DNA of 62,912 nt, filler included, from Octopus bimaculoides (Eukaryota), in NCBI RefSeq assembly GCF_001194135.2. It is 5 parts of 5 records of this genome, joined end to end, with 100 filler letters (N's around TTAATTAATTAA, not from the genome) between each part and the next. Parts side by side here need not be neighbours in the genome. Positions count along the whole stretch, not along the records: positions 1 to 27,509 come from NC_068983.1; 4 more parts are not named here. The stretch is one strand, 5' to 3'. The translations under genes and the position numbers were made by a program. Positions 1-16,051 of this stretch are shown in pieces (the first letter of the stretch is position 1; each line of letters opens with the position of its first letter). The notes below the pieces were generated by a model. It was not told where the DNA came from, ran no database searches, and saw only the letters and a program-made list of their open reading frames with translations.

Positions 1-77
<77 letters not shown>

Positions 78-299
78 TAGAATAATGAAGAGATAGTTTT
101 TTGTACAGTATTATATATATATCTGTAAGAATGAGTAGAGGTGACCTCTTTTTAATAGATAATTTTTATGTTAATCTAAATAACAATGCTTACAGACTGA
201 AAATGTATGTTTTAGTGGATGCTTAAATAGCAAAAGATTTTTCTTACAATTATATATACAGAGCAATACACGCAAAAACGCAAAAAAACATTATGTATA

Positions 300-335
<36 letters not shown>

Positions 336-438
336 CATGTGCATGCATAGAAAGACAGACCGATAATATGATTGGTTGATTGATTGAGTGATACTGTCAA
401 TGATATTACTTATATTGTCTTTTGTTTTTAATTTAAAG

Positions 439-552
439 ATTGTACAGAAAATTGGAATACTTGTAAATACTACAATACCTGCTATCCTTATACTGAGAAA
501 TGCAATGGAATAGAGAATTGTCCGAATGGAGAAGATGAAAGTGGTTGTGGAA
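439..552 (+). CDS. Exon encoding an LDL-receptor class A (LDLa) repeat; part of an LDLa/MAM mosaic gene
   Basis: Acceptor TTTAAAG| and donor |GTAAGT, phase 1-1, 114 nt. Reads (D)CTENWNTCKYYNTCYPYTEKCNGIENCPNGEDESGCG, with six Cys and the C-NG-x2-C-x-NG-x-DE-x2-C calcium-cage pattern. Confidence 0.92.
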
Positions 553-2427
553 GTAAGTTTTATTCATATTTCTATTTCCTCAGATATATCTATCTAGTAT
601 ATATAAATCACAATATGTGTATGTATATTAACTAACGCATACATTCCCACAGTTCTCAGCCGATTTTCACCATACTTTACACACATATTACTTACGTCCC
701 AAAAATGGTCATTCACTATAACATTTTTTCCAGAGCTCCCGCGTAAAAGGACAAACCAGAAAAACGGTGCTATACGGTTTTTCTTTATCGAATCTATTGT
801 ATGTACATACTTTTTTGTATGTCGGATCTTCCATGCTTTCTTAATCTATATGTTCCTATATTGGCATTAGAGAATATTTTGCAGTGGTTTTTCACATTTT
901 AAAATTTTATTATCTATTTATCTGTTGCAATTCTGTATTATTACTTGGTTAGAGATTATCATAAAAGTGAATGGTTTTTGTCTACTTATTTATTTCGTCT
1001 GTCCATTTGTCATTATTTATTTATATGTTGTAATTTTGTATTATTTTGGGGTTAAAAAATATTATAAAAGGGAAAGGATTTTGTCGAATTATTTATTTCG
1101 ACTGTCCATCTGCCACAGTGATTAAATTGACTAGGAACACTACGTGGTGATTATCCAATACTAAACAATTTTAATCTCCATATTTAAACTGCATTAAACT
1201 TTGGCTTACCTGTACCTATTCTCAGTTACTTGAAAGTTGATGTACCCTTCCCTCTCTTTTATTTGTTGATACCATTGTTTAACGACCAAAGCGCTCTTTC
1301 ACTTTAAGGATGCTTATTTACCCATCTATTACGATACATCGAACGCGGCGAACTGCTAAAGATTCAAAGCAGTATTCGTGAACTGAAGTCAAACTCTTCG
1401 TGTCTTCATTTTTCATTACCTGAAGCCAATTTCAGAGTGGCCGTACACTGTAAGCACGTAGCTAATACATTGCTTTTTCAAGTAGGTATTATGCCATTTT
1501 TGAACGTAACAATCATACATCTCTCCGAAAAAATAGCTCTCGTTGCTATTGAATAAAATAACCTCGCAGAGGAGGGGGGGGGTTTCAACGTCTTCCTTCA
1601 ATTTCCTTACACCATTTTGCTTTCATGTAAAACAACTATATTTTGTAGTCATTATCCGTAATCTACTCCCAATCAACACTTCAGTAGCTCTACTTTGCAT
1701 CGCTTGCAAACTTATATGTTCCATGATCATTAAAGTACAACGACCTCCACAATAACCAGCCTTCAATTTGGTTTTCTGTTCCTAGGAAAATCGGAAACTT
1801 AGATTGCGTGTTACTCATAAACTTTCTCGGTAGTTCAATTATTTGGTAAAAAAAAAATATCACTATAGCAACTTAAACCATACAAAGGACGGGTGCATTT
1901 GCTATTTCATAAAAAGAAAACATTTATTCCATAATTTCTGTTGTGGTGGTGGTTACAATTTAACAAAGAAAAATAAGGTATGGTAAATGCTTCATAGAAT
2001 GTTATCTTCATTATTATTATGATGATCATGATCTTCATCCCTTTGATCACTACCAACACCATCATTACTACCATCACTATCATTACCAATATCACCACCA
2101 TTATTACAATTAGCATCCAGGTGTACAGAAATATATTTGAAAACGGTGCTACAATGCAGCCCGTTCGATCTAACGACTCCGTTTGGAGTGAACAGTTTGG
2201 GTCTCATATAGGTTGAGATTTATCTGGAACAGTGGATCTGCAGGTTGTATCTATTGATTTGGCTGACTACCTGCATGCGCAAACGCGAGTTCAGTCAAAA
2301 CTAGCGCAAGTGATAACCGATAACAAAAAGGGTTTGTCATGATTGTCAGTATCATTTAGTATCTGTTGTTTTATGCTAGTATGGATTAAAAAGGTTTCCG
2401 GTAGTACTGACCATTTCCTTTCTTAAT

Positions 2428-2623
2428 ATTGGTTTCAAATTTTAGCACACTGGCAGCCACTTCGGGAGAGGGATAAGTCGATTCAAATGGTACTTATTTT
2501 ATCAACACCAAAAAGAATGGAAAGCAAAATCGATGTCGGCAGAATTTGAACTCAGAACGGAAAGACGGACAAAATACTGCTAAATAGTTTTCCCGGCATG
2601 GCAATGATTCTTCCAGTCTGCTA
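2428..2623 (-). mobile_element. Degenerate tRNA-derived SINE (Deu/Nin-like central domain)
   Basis: Reverse complement contains GTTCTGAGTTCAAATTCTGCCG (box B-like) and GATAAAATAAGTACC, shared with the copies at 16.3-16.7 kb and 42-48 kb. Confidence 0.7.
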
Positions 2624-4760
2624 CATTTCCCTTTCTCAATATTAACGCACTCATCATATATTACCTGTCACTATATAGCGTTACTTTAGTCCTATATGTG
2701 TAAAAAATCACATTGCATAACATTGCCACAGTAACCAACCTGTATACACAAGCTGATACTTTTAATTCTTACTTTCTTAGTTTCATCCATTCTGTCCTTC
2801 ACACAGATTAACATTGCAGCATATCTCTCTCGAGCCTTCAAAGATCTTCCGCATCGGTGACCTTACTTCAACGCTATGTTATCATTGCATTCCGTGCAAG
2901 AACGAGAAGTACTTTGTTCCTATATGAAACTAGATGACAATTCTCTGACTACTTCTCTCTCTCTCTCTCTCTCTCTCGTTCACTGTCTCTCTTCCTCCCT
3001 CTCTCCTTCCCTCACTCTAACGTAATTTCACAATAGCAACCCAACTTTTTGATGAGTAAGAAATCTACCGTCTTACGGAATACAAGTAATCGTCATCATT
3101 ACTGTCATCACGGAAAAGTGTACCGAGTGCAACCAAATAAAGTGTCTGGTGTTAGAAGGGACCTAGGCGTAAGGAAACAAGCAAAGAAGGAGACATTTCT
3201 ACGAGATATTTCTCCTCCCTCATTGAAAAGGACAATAAACATTCTGGTTTAGATCGTGCAAAGCGTTCAAGCTATGTCAGCCACCATTGAAAGAGAACGT
3301 AAAATAATGATGATGGCAATGATGATGTTGATGATGATGATGATGATGATTGATGTTGGTAAATCTCTAAGTAATTCCTTGGTTTTGTATAATTAGCACT
3401 TGAATGCACCTTGAAAATAATTACTACGCTTATAAGATTATTGCATGTGAAATATTGATTTCATGTGTAGATAAGAAATACACAGAGATTCTGTTGTACG
3501 GTTTTCTTAATACATGTTTGCACTGCGACTAATGAAAAAAGGTCTTGTTCAAGAATAGTGTTCCTGCTGGCACTGTTTTTGATTACTTAACAAGACCGTT
3601 TCCCATTTGTCAGTGGTTTTATGTTTGCTGATAACTGTTTCCTTTTTGCNNNNNNNNNNNNNNNNNNNNNNNNNNNNNNNNNNNNNNNNNNNNNNNNNNN
3701 NNNNNNNNNNNNNNNNNNNNNNNNNNNNNNNNNNNNNNNNNNNNNNNNNNNNNNNNNNNNNNNNNNNNNNNNNNNNNNNNNNNNNNNNNNNNNNNNNNNN
3801 NNNNNNNNNNNNNNNNNNNNNNNNNNNNNNNNNNNNNNNNNNNNNNNNNNNNNNNNNNNNNNNNNNNNNNNNNNNNNNNNNNNNNNNNNNNNNNNNNNNN
3901 NNNNNNNNNNNNNNNNNNNNNNNNNNNNNNNNNNNNNNNNNNNNNNNNNNNNNNNNNNNNNNNNNNNNNNNNNNNNNNNNNNNNNNNNNNNNNNNNNNNN
4001 NNNNNNNNNNNNNNNNNNNNNNNNNNNNNNNNNNNNNNNNNNNNNNNNNNNNNNNNNNNNNNNNNNNNNNNNNNNNNNNNNNNNNNNNNNNNNNNNNNNN
4101 NNNNNNNNNNNNNNNNNNNNNNNNNNNNNNNNNNNNNNNNNNNNNNNNNNNNNNNNNNNNNNNNNNNNNNNNNNNNNNNNNNNNNNNNNNNNNNNNNNNN
4201 NNNNNNNNNNNNNNNNNAAACAGTGTACGTAATATTTCAATGAACCACGGAATGTATTAAAATATCATTAATTTAGTTTATTACTCTAAAGGTCTGTAAT
4301 CCATTACAAAGTTAAAGAATCAATATTACCAATGTTACAATTGATATTAAGGTGTTGAGTTGGGAGAAATGGTGCTTAATTTCTTACATCTACATTTTGA
4401 GTTAGAATCACACCAGAATCAGCTTTACATGTCTGATTTCCAGTTTTATTAAAAATAGAATCAGTTTGGACTTGAGTCTAACCAAAAGATATCAATCAAT
4501 ATCCTAACAAGCATTTTGGTAAAGAGTCGGCAAAAGTGTCAGCAAATTTAATCAAATAATTAGCAGCGTTTACTATCCTTATCATTTCTCACTATTCTGA
4601 ATTTAAATCACGCTAGGATAAACTGTCATTTATATTTCCAGGGTCAATAAGTGCTAGTAAAGTGATCCAACCAACTTTTAACATCACCTTTACAAAAATG
4701 ATGTCATTCCTAATAGAAAGTATTCAATGTCTTAATCTGTATTCTGTCTTATTAATATAG

Positions 4761-4935
4761 GTAACAAACCAAAATATAAATTGACTGGTGGTCGAGATTT
4801 GTGGNNNNNNNNNNNNNNNNNNNNNNNNNNNNNNNNNNNNNNNNNNNNNNNNNNNNNNNNNNNNNNNNNNNNNNNNNNNNNNNNNNNNNNNNNNNNNNNN
4901 NNNNCTACAACGCTGATGAACTTGTAAAGAAAATT
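4761..4935 (+). CDS. Candidate exon interrupted by an N gap; SRCR-like N-terminal half
   Basis: TTAATATAG| then (G/C)NKPKYKLTGGRDLW, a gap, then YNADELVKKI|GTATGT. YKLTGG resembles the SRCR start VRLVGG. NADELVKKI is in register with NADVVCRQL but lacks the Cys. Confidence 0.4.
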
Positions 4936-6099
4936 GTATGTTGTACATTTCCTCCCTTATGTCACCTCTCTTCTCTGAGAAACAGCCTGGGATAACTAGA
5001 ATTTAATCCTACTGAAATTTGGGTGTGAACCTGGATGAGGTTGATAATAGAACTATTTGGGATTGATTAAATATACCTTGTATAAAATTGGACTTGTATC
5101 TATAGAAGATATTATAATCGTAAAGTGTGTGGCTTAAGAAGCCCATTNNNNNNNNNNATATTATAATCGTAAAGTGTGTGGCTTAAGAAGCCCATTTTCT
5201 GATATTTATGTAATATAATTACAAACTTACCAGATTTGCCCCTGTGATTTGTTTCAAACTCACCAATACAAGGAATTGCGCTTAATAAAGCGTTACAGGC
5301 TGATGATCGGTGATGGCTAGTTACATATTTCACGGGAGTCATTATACGCTACATCTTTTAACTGACAGTGATCAATACATATTCGGATGGCAAATGTGGC
5401 AGAGTGGGGAAGACCATTAATTTTTAATGTGTAATAATGATTTCCATTAATGTGTGTAGAAACGGACTACGAATTCAAACTGGTTTTTTTGCTTTTAAGC
5501 TAGAGTTGGATTAGAAAAATACATTTTACACCAATGATTATTATTATCAATTATTTTACAATTAAGTTTTTATATACTTGACAGTGATCTAATTTGTAAG
5601 AATATTAACAGATTAAAATTGAATGTTCTTACTTTAAAATCAAACGATTGAAAACCAAAAGAATTAAAACGTAATATAAAATGGAAGTATTGTAAAATAT
5701 TTCCAATCAAAGTAAAGTAGGAAGTAAAAAATAAAATAATAAATGTAAAAATTGTGTGGGTGGGATAACAATGTTGAGTTGTCTCCAAATGAAACATTGA
5801 AGATTAAAATCACATAAATATAAATTCTTAAATCAATACAAATAGTCTCGTTACTTGACCATCGGAAAACTGTTGAAAATGAGGAGAGCAAAATTCAGTC
5901 GGATGACTTGAGTATGGACGTGTGAGATATTTATATAAGTGAATTACAGGAGTCTCTTTTTGTTCATATATGCGAGAGAAATCTTTAAAGATTGTGAGTT
6001 TGCTGAATATATTTTTGTTACTGTCACCCTAAGTGCCTATGTGAGAGTGAAACAGAATGTGAACGTAAATTGTTACTCTTTACTCTTTTACTCTTTTAC

Positions 6100-6482
6100 T
6101 TGTTTCAGTCATTTGACTGCAGCCATGCTGGAGCACCGCCTTTAGTCGAGCAAATCGACCCCAGGACTAATTCTTTGGAAGCTTAGTACTTATTCTATCG
6201 GTCTCTTTTGCCGAACCGCTAAGTTACGGGGACGTAAACACACCAGCATCGGTTGTCAAGCGATGTAAGGGGGACAAACACAGACACACAAACACATACA
6301 TACACACATAAATATACATATATACGACGGGCTTCTTTCAGTTTCCGTCTACCAAATCCACTCACAAGGTTTTGGTCGGCCCGAGGCTATAGTAGAAGAC
6401 ACTTGCCCAAGGTGCTACGCAGTGGGACTGAACCCGGAACCATGTAGTTGGTAGCAAGCTACTTACCACACAGCCACTCCTG
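6100..6482 (-). mobile_element. tRNA-derived CORE-type SINE (octopus OR-like)
   Basis: Reverse complement starts GGAGTGGCTGTGTGGTAAGTAGC...GGTTCCGGGTTCAGTCCC (boxes A and B), then CCTTGGGCAAGTGTCTT (CORE-like). Near-identical copies occur at 41085 and 45040. Confidence 0.85.
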
Positions 6483-6780
6483 AGAATCTTCTCTAAACAA
6501 CCTTGCTGAGTGAACACAGCGTAAGTCTCTATTAAGACGATCCGATAAGATGTTCGAATCGAAGCCATTTATAAGAAAATGCTAATTCTCTAAAGAGTTT
6601 TAGCTGTATTTTGTTGCGCATAACAGAAGGTTGTTACAGATTGCCAACAACTTATCACAGACATCACATCATATTGTCTGTAATAAATATCAAATATCTA
6701 GTTCATCGTTTTGTTTAGGCTTGTCTAGTGCTCACTGCTAGTTTATTGTTAAATCTGGTAAAATTTGGTAAAACAACTTG

Positions 6781-9065
<2,285 letters not shown>

Positions 9066-9082
9066 GGAACGTTATGAAACCG

Positions 9083-11099
9083 TTGGCCAAAAGTCACCTG
9101 ACAGTAAACCGAAACCATTTAAGTCCAGGATTTTTTTTGCTGTAGTTTCAGCTCAGAGCTGCGGCCATGCTGATGCACCGCCGTTTTGCTACACTGTTAT
9201 TACTGAGAGCCTCCTCCAATATGTGGTACTTGATGAAAAATGGAGTTTGATGCAGCTACCCTCATTTGGATCTCTTGCCGTGAGGTTGGTTCATCTGGGA
9301 CTCTCGACAGGAAGAGGTCCAGCTTTGATTCAAAAACGCCTACATCTACTTTGTGCAGGTCCCTCAGGCTCTTTGGTAGAATATTAAAACGCTCTGGGCC
9401 CCCGAAATCCAAGATGTTGCAGTAACTAGTCGTGAAGCGCGATGGCGTTGCTGGGATCTTTGGCACTGTGCAGTGTCGCCCCGTTCTGGCATTGGTGTAG
9501 CTTTCAATGCCAAAATTTAGCACAACTCCTTCCAGGATCTTCCAGATGTATATTACTGCATACCACTCCCGCCTTCTCTCCAGGGAGTAGAGTCTTAGCT
9601 GTTTCAGCCTTTCCCAGTAGCTGAGTAGTTGCAAAGAGACGATCTTCTTTGTGAATCCGCTGTTAATTTCACACTGGTGGGTGACCATAGCTGTGAGCAG
9701 TAATCCAGGCGGCTGAGGACAAATGTCCTCCATAGGACCATCATGGTTTCTTTATCTCTGGTTTTGAATGTTCTCAGGATCCAGCCAGCCAGTCGTCTGC
9801 CCTTTGTCGCCATCCTAGTAATGTGCACTTGGAAAGAGGTATTATCACTTATGTCGATAGCCAGGTCCCTCACTGATTTAGGCTCTGGGATTGTAATCCC
9901 CTGTGGACCAGTGTACCCTGTAAGTTTCATATTCAGTATTGGACGTTGGTAGCGCAGGGCTTGGAATTTTTCAGCATTAAACTGCATATTATTATCCTCA
10001 GCCCATCTGTAAATTGAGTCCAACTCCTACTGCAGATGTGCAACATCACTGGAGTTCTTTATTTTCTGCGAGACTTTCGTATCGTCTGCGTAGCTTGCAA
10101 GGGGGGCTATCCGGGCATTTGAGGGCATATCTGGGAGGGCCACTATAAAAAGCAGTAGTCCCAAGACAGTGCCCTCTGGAACACCGCTTACTATTTGTGT
10201 TTTCATAGAGGTGGCTCCATTAGCCATTACTGCCTGACTTCTATCTTTCAGAAAGTCATGTAACCACTCTCCAAGTTTTCCAGCTATGCCAAGATCATGC
10301 AGTTTGTGGCATATCACATCATGATCCACTTTGTCAAAAGCTTTTGCAAAATCAAGGTATATTACGTCCACATTATAGTTGTTGAGTAACTGCCTCAACA
10401 CCCAGTCATAATGTTGTAAGAGCTGGGTCAGGCAGCTCCTACCTGGTCGAAAACCATGTTGGGTATCACTCGGCAAGTTCTTTTCTTCAAGGAATGCGAT
10501 TAGTTTTCCTCTGACTATCCTTTCCATGACTTTGCTGATGTGTGAAGTCAGAGAGATAGGCCTGTAGTTTTTAGCATCTGCTCTGCTTCCCCCTTTATGG
10601 ATTGGACATATTCCCTCCTTCAGCTTGCTTGGCAGTCTGCCATTTGCAAGAAAGCTCTGGAAGAGAATCTGCAGGGGTTTTGCTAGGGCATGCTTACATG
10701 ATTTGGGGAGGGTTGTTGGGAAACCATCAGGACCAGCAGTTGAGTTTGTGTCCACTTCGTCTATAGCTAAAAGTTTATCTTCTTTGCTAATGTCGATGTA
10801 TTCCATCGTAACTGCCTCGCTGGTTATAGGGGAGGTGGCAAAGAAGTTCACTGGTTCGTTCACTTGTCTGTGTTCCAACGGGATGTTGAAGACACTTTTG
10901 AACTGGTCATTCAGTACCACATTCATTTATTTATGTTTAACATCTGAATGTATTTAATAAAAGCGTCTAAATGTGAAACAACATGAAAATTGTTCAAACT
11001 GAAGTCCTTCTTGTAAACATTCATAATTGGAATGAATAAATACAAATGAATATTAAGTATTTATGGAATTTTGATTTACTTTGGAGTGACTTTTGGCCA

Positions 11100-11107
<8 letters not shown>
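9083..11107. mobile_element. Tc1-like inverted-repeat shell enclosing a LINE
   Basis: TTGGCCAAAAGTCAC (9083-9097) and GTGACTTTTGGCCAA (11086-11100) are a perfect 15-bp inverted pair. The right end continues TTCTGTA, which reads TACAGAATTGGCCAAAAGT on the minus strand (Tc1-type terminus). Confidence 0.6.
9190..10930 (-). mobile_element. 5'-truncated CR1/L2-group LINE reverse transcriptase, broken into three ORFs
   Basis: ORFs 10027-10926, 9604-10023 and 9200-9733 carry NYRPISLTS, QHGFRPGRSC, YLDFAKAFDKVDH, GVPEGTVLG, YADDTK and LKQLRLYSLERRRE. Confidence 0.95.
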
Positions 11108-11133
<26 letters not shown>

Positions 11134-11762
11134 ACGTAAATTTAAGCCTCAACATATGGATTCAACTAATGAAAAAAGATCCTTAATATATCATTCTGCT
11201 AAACATAGAATGTATAGTATGATACTGTATCAAGACTGTAAGGTCTGTGTAAAGTTAAAAAATGACGACAGAAATCGTATAATAAAATTTATTTAACCAT
11301 TGAAAGTATCACAACACTTGTTTCGCAACTGGAAACATGCAAAGATAATTTATTTTATTTAAAAATAAGTAATATTATTTACATGTCTGAATTAAGAAAA
11401 CAATCTTATATAGATCAATACAGGTATTAAGCTTGTTCATCGGGTTAGAGAAAATCCGTATGTATATGTAAATACATAATATGAAAATTTTGACATTTTG
11501 TTAAATTCAAGAATTTTATACTACTAGTGGTAGTAGTTGTTGTTGTCCTCGTTGCTACTGTGGTTGTTGCTGCTGATGTTGCAACCGTGATGTTCCTTGT
11601 AACAACATTTATAGTAGCCTATACTGATAAACATATTTAGAGTAGGTAGAAGAAGTAATAATGCTGTAATTCCCTTCCTGTAACATCCCTTTTAGTAATA
11701 AAAGAACTTATAGATGTTCTTGTTTTCTGTTTTTGATTTATATAATCTTTTTGTTCTTTCAG

Positions 11763-11899
11763 AAAGTTATATGTACACAGAATCTTCAAAGGGCCAACCT
11801 GAACACACGTCAAAACTTGTATTTCCAAATATTCGAGCTTCTGCAGGCAAAAGTCTCTACTTTACATATTATATCACAAAAAACAATGGAAAACTTCAG
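11763..11899 (+). CDS. Exon: MAM domain 1, middle part
   Basis: Long pyrimidine tract TTTTTGTTCTTTCAG| and donor CAG|GTATAG, phase 1-0. Reads SYMYTESSKGQPEHTSKLVFPNIRASAGKSLYFTYYITKNNGKLQ, matching MAM YMY-x-ESS...A-x-L-x-SP...L-x-F-x-Y...G-x-L. Confidence 0.85.
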
Positions 11900-13080
11900 G
11901 TATAGTCAAAATTTTTCTCTTCTAATTATAAACATATTCACGCTATCAACAGATATAGATATATATACTGACATGAATGAGTGATGAAAGGTCACAACCA
12001 GCCAGAAAAGCAGTAGCACATGTGCATTCAATGGCGTTGTTATAAAAGTTCAAGTTAATCAAATTTTGTTATGGCAACTTAGAGAATTTGGGATATGTCA
12101 TTTTAAAGCATTGAAGTAGTTGCATTCATGAAGCTATCCTGATTTAGCCTGTCAAAGTTGTACTCAAATTAAATTTGTAAACTTCATTATAATTAAAACA
12201 GACTTCGGTCTGAATCGCAATGTTGCCAATGGACCCACAATAGAATTTGCCTTCAACATTTCAAACTAACGAAGTATTCATCAATTTTGCAGTGTTATAT
12301 TAGGTGCATGCTATTTTGGTACAGGTATCTTATAGGGAAATAAAGCCCTTTTACAAAAAAAGTCTTTGTCATATATGAATGATGTATTGTAGTTTAATTA
12401 TAAATCAATGTATTGAGGAAATGATTGGGCATAATATAGAGCAAATATAAATCATTGATTCTATTTTAAAAAGGCATTTCTCACTTTGCTTTAAAACAAT
12501 TTTGGAAAATGTTATGTGTTACGTCTTTAGAGATTAATTGTCATATCTACGCTATTATAAGATTTTCCGTGTTGTGTAATACTAAGAATATAAATGCAAT
12601 TTAAAATGGAATTTGCTTATAATCTTTTGGAATTCATTATTTGCAATGGAGAAAGTACTAGTTCAGAATAGCATTCTGTACATCTAACTTAACGTGAATA
12701 TACTATCGAAAGCCACAAACCTGCAGAATTTGTGCTGAGAAAGTTTCTCATATAGACGTATAGTGCTTAACAGCACATATGTGTATCTGTAGAAGATGCG
12801 AAGCGCCCAGCAGTGGTGATAGAATTACTAAATCATGATTTGTGTGCAGTGCGCACGGGTAGTAAGCTGCGATACACATAAATTCTATCAGGAGTAAGAC
12901 TCAAGCAGAACAACAACAACAACAACACCAATAATAACGGCATTCAATTTATTCGGATAATAGTTATCATAATATCTACAGTGACGATGTGGATAATGCT
13001 TTTAACTGTGTTTAACACTAATATTAACTGGAGTAATAATTATAAAACTAGGAACCATCGTTTACGTGACAATTCATATT

Positions 13081-13308
13081 TTGGGTTGTCCGGAAAGTTC
13101 GTGCCGATTTATAGTAGCTTACCTTTCGACTTATTTGCCATGAAACTACCTCAATTCTGGGAAGAGGGTATTTTCAAGTTAAAGGAAAGATGGAGACGCA
13201 TTGTGCAACAAAATGGTACATATTTGGTTGATTAAAAATGTAATGGCAAGTATTTATTAACCTTTTTCTTTCCTTTAAAAATCGGCACAAACTTTCCAGA
13301 CAACCCAA
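13081..13308 (+). mobile_element. Internally deleted mariner (MITE-like)
   Basis: About 30-bp TIRs TTGGGTTGTCCGGAAAGTTCGTGCCGATTT / AAATCGGCACAAACTTTCCAGACAACCCAA, followed by TA. Retains the mariner C-terminus FWEEGIFKLKERWRRIVQQNGTYLVD*. Confidence 0.9.
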
Positions 13309-13350
13309 TAGTATTCTTATTATTATTAATAGTAATAAGAAAAGGAGTGT

Positions 13351-13453
<103 letters not shown>

Positions 13454-13566
13454 GTTAATAACAATAATACTGATAATAATGATAATAGCATGTATATATA
13501 TATGTATATAATATAAATATATATATATACATATATGCATATATATNNNNNNNNNNCTTACACATA

Positions 13567-14705
13567 TATGTATATATGGGTACAGGACGTCACGAAACGC
13601 AAACAACGTGAAATGCGAAGTACGAAAACATAGAATACACGCTCTTTTATGCGAACAACGAAAGAAACAAATGGAAATCAAGAATGTAACATAAAGAATG
13701 ACCCTTCATCAGTTCTCGGCTGTTTTCCTACTCCATAAAAATGTGCTTTTGAGAAAATAGTTGCTCCCACCAGCCAAAATAAAAATTGGGATTTGCGTGG
13801 GATCGAAATTGGTAGCGAAAACAAGACAGTGAAAACAAAAGAAATGAGGGCTGCTAAGCCAAACGATATAAGGTGGTGAACGCTGGAGGAACAAGCTTTT
13901 ACAGGAGGAAAGATAGAAGAGACAGACAAGAATGCGTCTGGTCTGTGACACAGACTGAAAGAAAAGAAACATGATCAAGTGAAGAAAAGAAATATGTCCG
14001 ATGGTCACGTGTGAACAACGAGTGAGTAAATGAGGAAGAGAGAGAGAGAGAGGAACAGATAGAAAACGGTGAATGGGGAGAAAAAGGAATTAGAGAATGG
14101 ATGAGAGAGAAAAAACGAAAGGGTAGGACAATTATCGAAATTTTTCTACCAGTGGGTAGCATGTCAATAGACAACATGTTTTTCATATAAAATTAGTGTA
14201 CATTTAAACACAAAAGTGGTGATCCTAACCACGGGTTAGAGCAATTTCGAAGGGAATGAAAAATAAAAACATTTACAATATTTACCTCCCGGACCTAAAT
14301 TTCGACCTTTAATTAACAAATAAAACAATTTGTTAGAAGTTTTCCGCAACGGTAAATATTGTAGATGTTTATATTTTTCCCTCGTTCTGGTCTAACGACT
14401 CTCTATGTTTGTTTTTGTTCGGCTTCCTTGTATATATCCACTGTCCTGCTTTTGTCCCCAAATTTTTCCCTCCATAAATCCCAAACTTTATTTTGGTATT
14501 TGCGGGAGCAACTGTCTTCGAAGACTTATATTGTCATTCAATGCTCGAAATGAGGAGTAGACAGGCAGCCGACAACTGATGAAGGATCATTCTTTATGTT
14601 ACTTGTCCTATTTTCAATTTGCTTCTCTCGTTGTTTGCGTATTCAACTCATTTGTTCTCGCATTTCATGTTGTTTACTGTTTGTGACGTCCTGTACCCAT
14701 ATATG
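13567..14705. repeat. Inverted pair of one interspersed repeat family (minus about 13567-13900, plus about 14380-14705)
   Basis: Shared segment GCAGCCGACAACTGATGAAGG...TCTTTATGTT...GACGTCCTGTACCCATAT occurs in opposite orientations. The same family recurs at 45640-45920 (+) and 46250-46600 (-). Confidence 0.8.
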
Positions 14706-14818
14706 CATATGTGTAAAATACATATATATGTATTTGATTTTCGTATATATACATCCATCTATCTTTTCACGTGTGTAGGTGTATGTATATAGGTTTAAGT
14801 ATATGCGTATGTTTTTTG

Positions 14819-14909
<91 letters not shown>

Positions 14910-15890
14910 CCATATACATGTGTATTCCCCCAGAATAAGTTTTTTCCTAAATATACATTTAGAATTATTTCCCCTCCACTATCATTCTCTGGCCCGTAAA
15001 CAGATTTTTTAAAAAACAAATCCTTGTTATTAGGAATTATTTATCAAGAAGTTTTTTCTAACGGTAGTATGTATTTTTCTTTTTTACTCTCTCAAAACTT
15101 TCTTATATTGATATTCACTTTTATTCCTAAATATTTTTCGATGTATATTATCATTCCCTTTGTATTTTTATCACCATCTCTAAAGCTCTCTCATAATTTT
15201 ATATTTGTACCGATTTCTTTTAGTAAACTATTTATTTTTTTTAATTTTTCACCTCTTTTCATTGCATACTACCCATAACTGTCAATACACAAAAATATTT
15301 AAATATAGCTATCATATCCCGCTAGACGCTTATTATTATTATTATAATATTATTTTATTTGTATTCAAATGTATATGCCTGTAGGTGTATACAGTTTTAT
15401 GTGAGAGCGCGTGCATTTATGTATGTTAGATGTGTGTGTGCATTTTCGTTTATATTTTTCTGTCTCTGATATTTCCTACTTATTTTGAAAATATCCGTTG
15501 GCCAAAACAGTTATAGTTCGACACTACATGAGCATGTTCTTATATCTCTTTTTTCCTCTTTCAATTCAATTAAAGAATATCCGGTCGATTTATCCGACAT
15601 AAGCTCTCTGATTTTCTTTGTAATATTCTTTTGTTAATACCTTTTTGATGATTTTATTCATGTTTTGCGCTGAGGAGAATAGTGATACATAATTAAATTT
15701 AATTGGTATTATTATTAATTTAATTTTTCCATGTTTTCTTACATGTTAGTATCATCATTCGAAACGATCGTATGCATAGATTAAAATTTTACAAAAACTT
15801 TAAAAATCTTCTCTTCTCCATTTTTTAAAACTGTTAGTTGAATTTATATTAGATTTTATCTTATGAATGCTCATAACAAACTTTTACTCG

Positions 15891-16002
<112 letters not shown>

Positions 16003-16051
16003 ACATGCACTCTGCATGCATATTAACTAATATGCGATAATGTATTTTCAG

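Noticed and set aside
5108-5197. 40-bp direct repeat across a short N gap
   Set aside because: Identical sequence on both sides of a short gap indicates an unmerged contig overlap.
5991-6064. DCEFAEY...YVRVKQNV as the missing MAM1 N-terminal exon
   Set aside because: Lacks the second Cys and the Trp, and has no good phase-1 donor.
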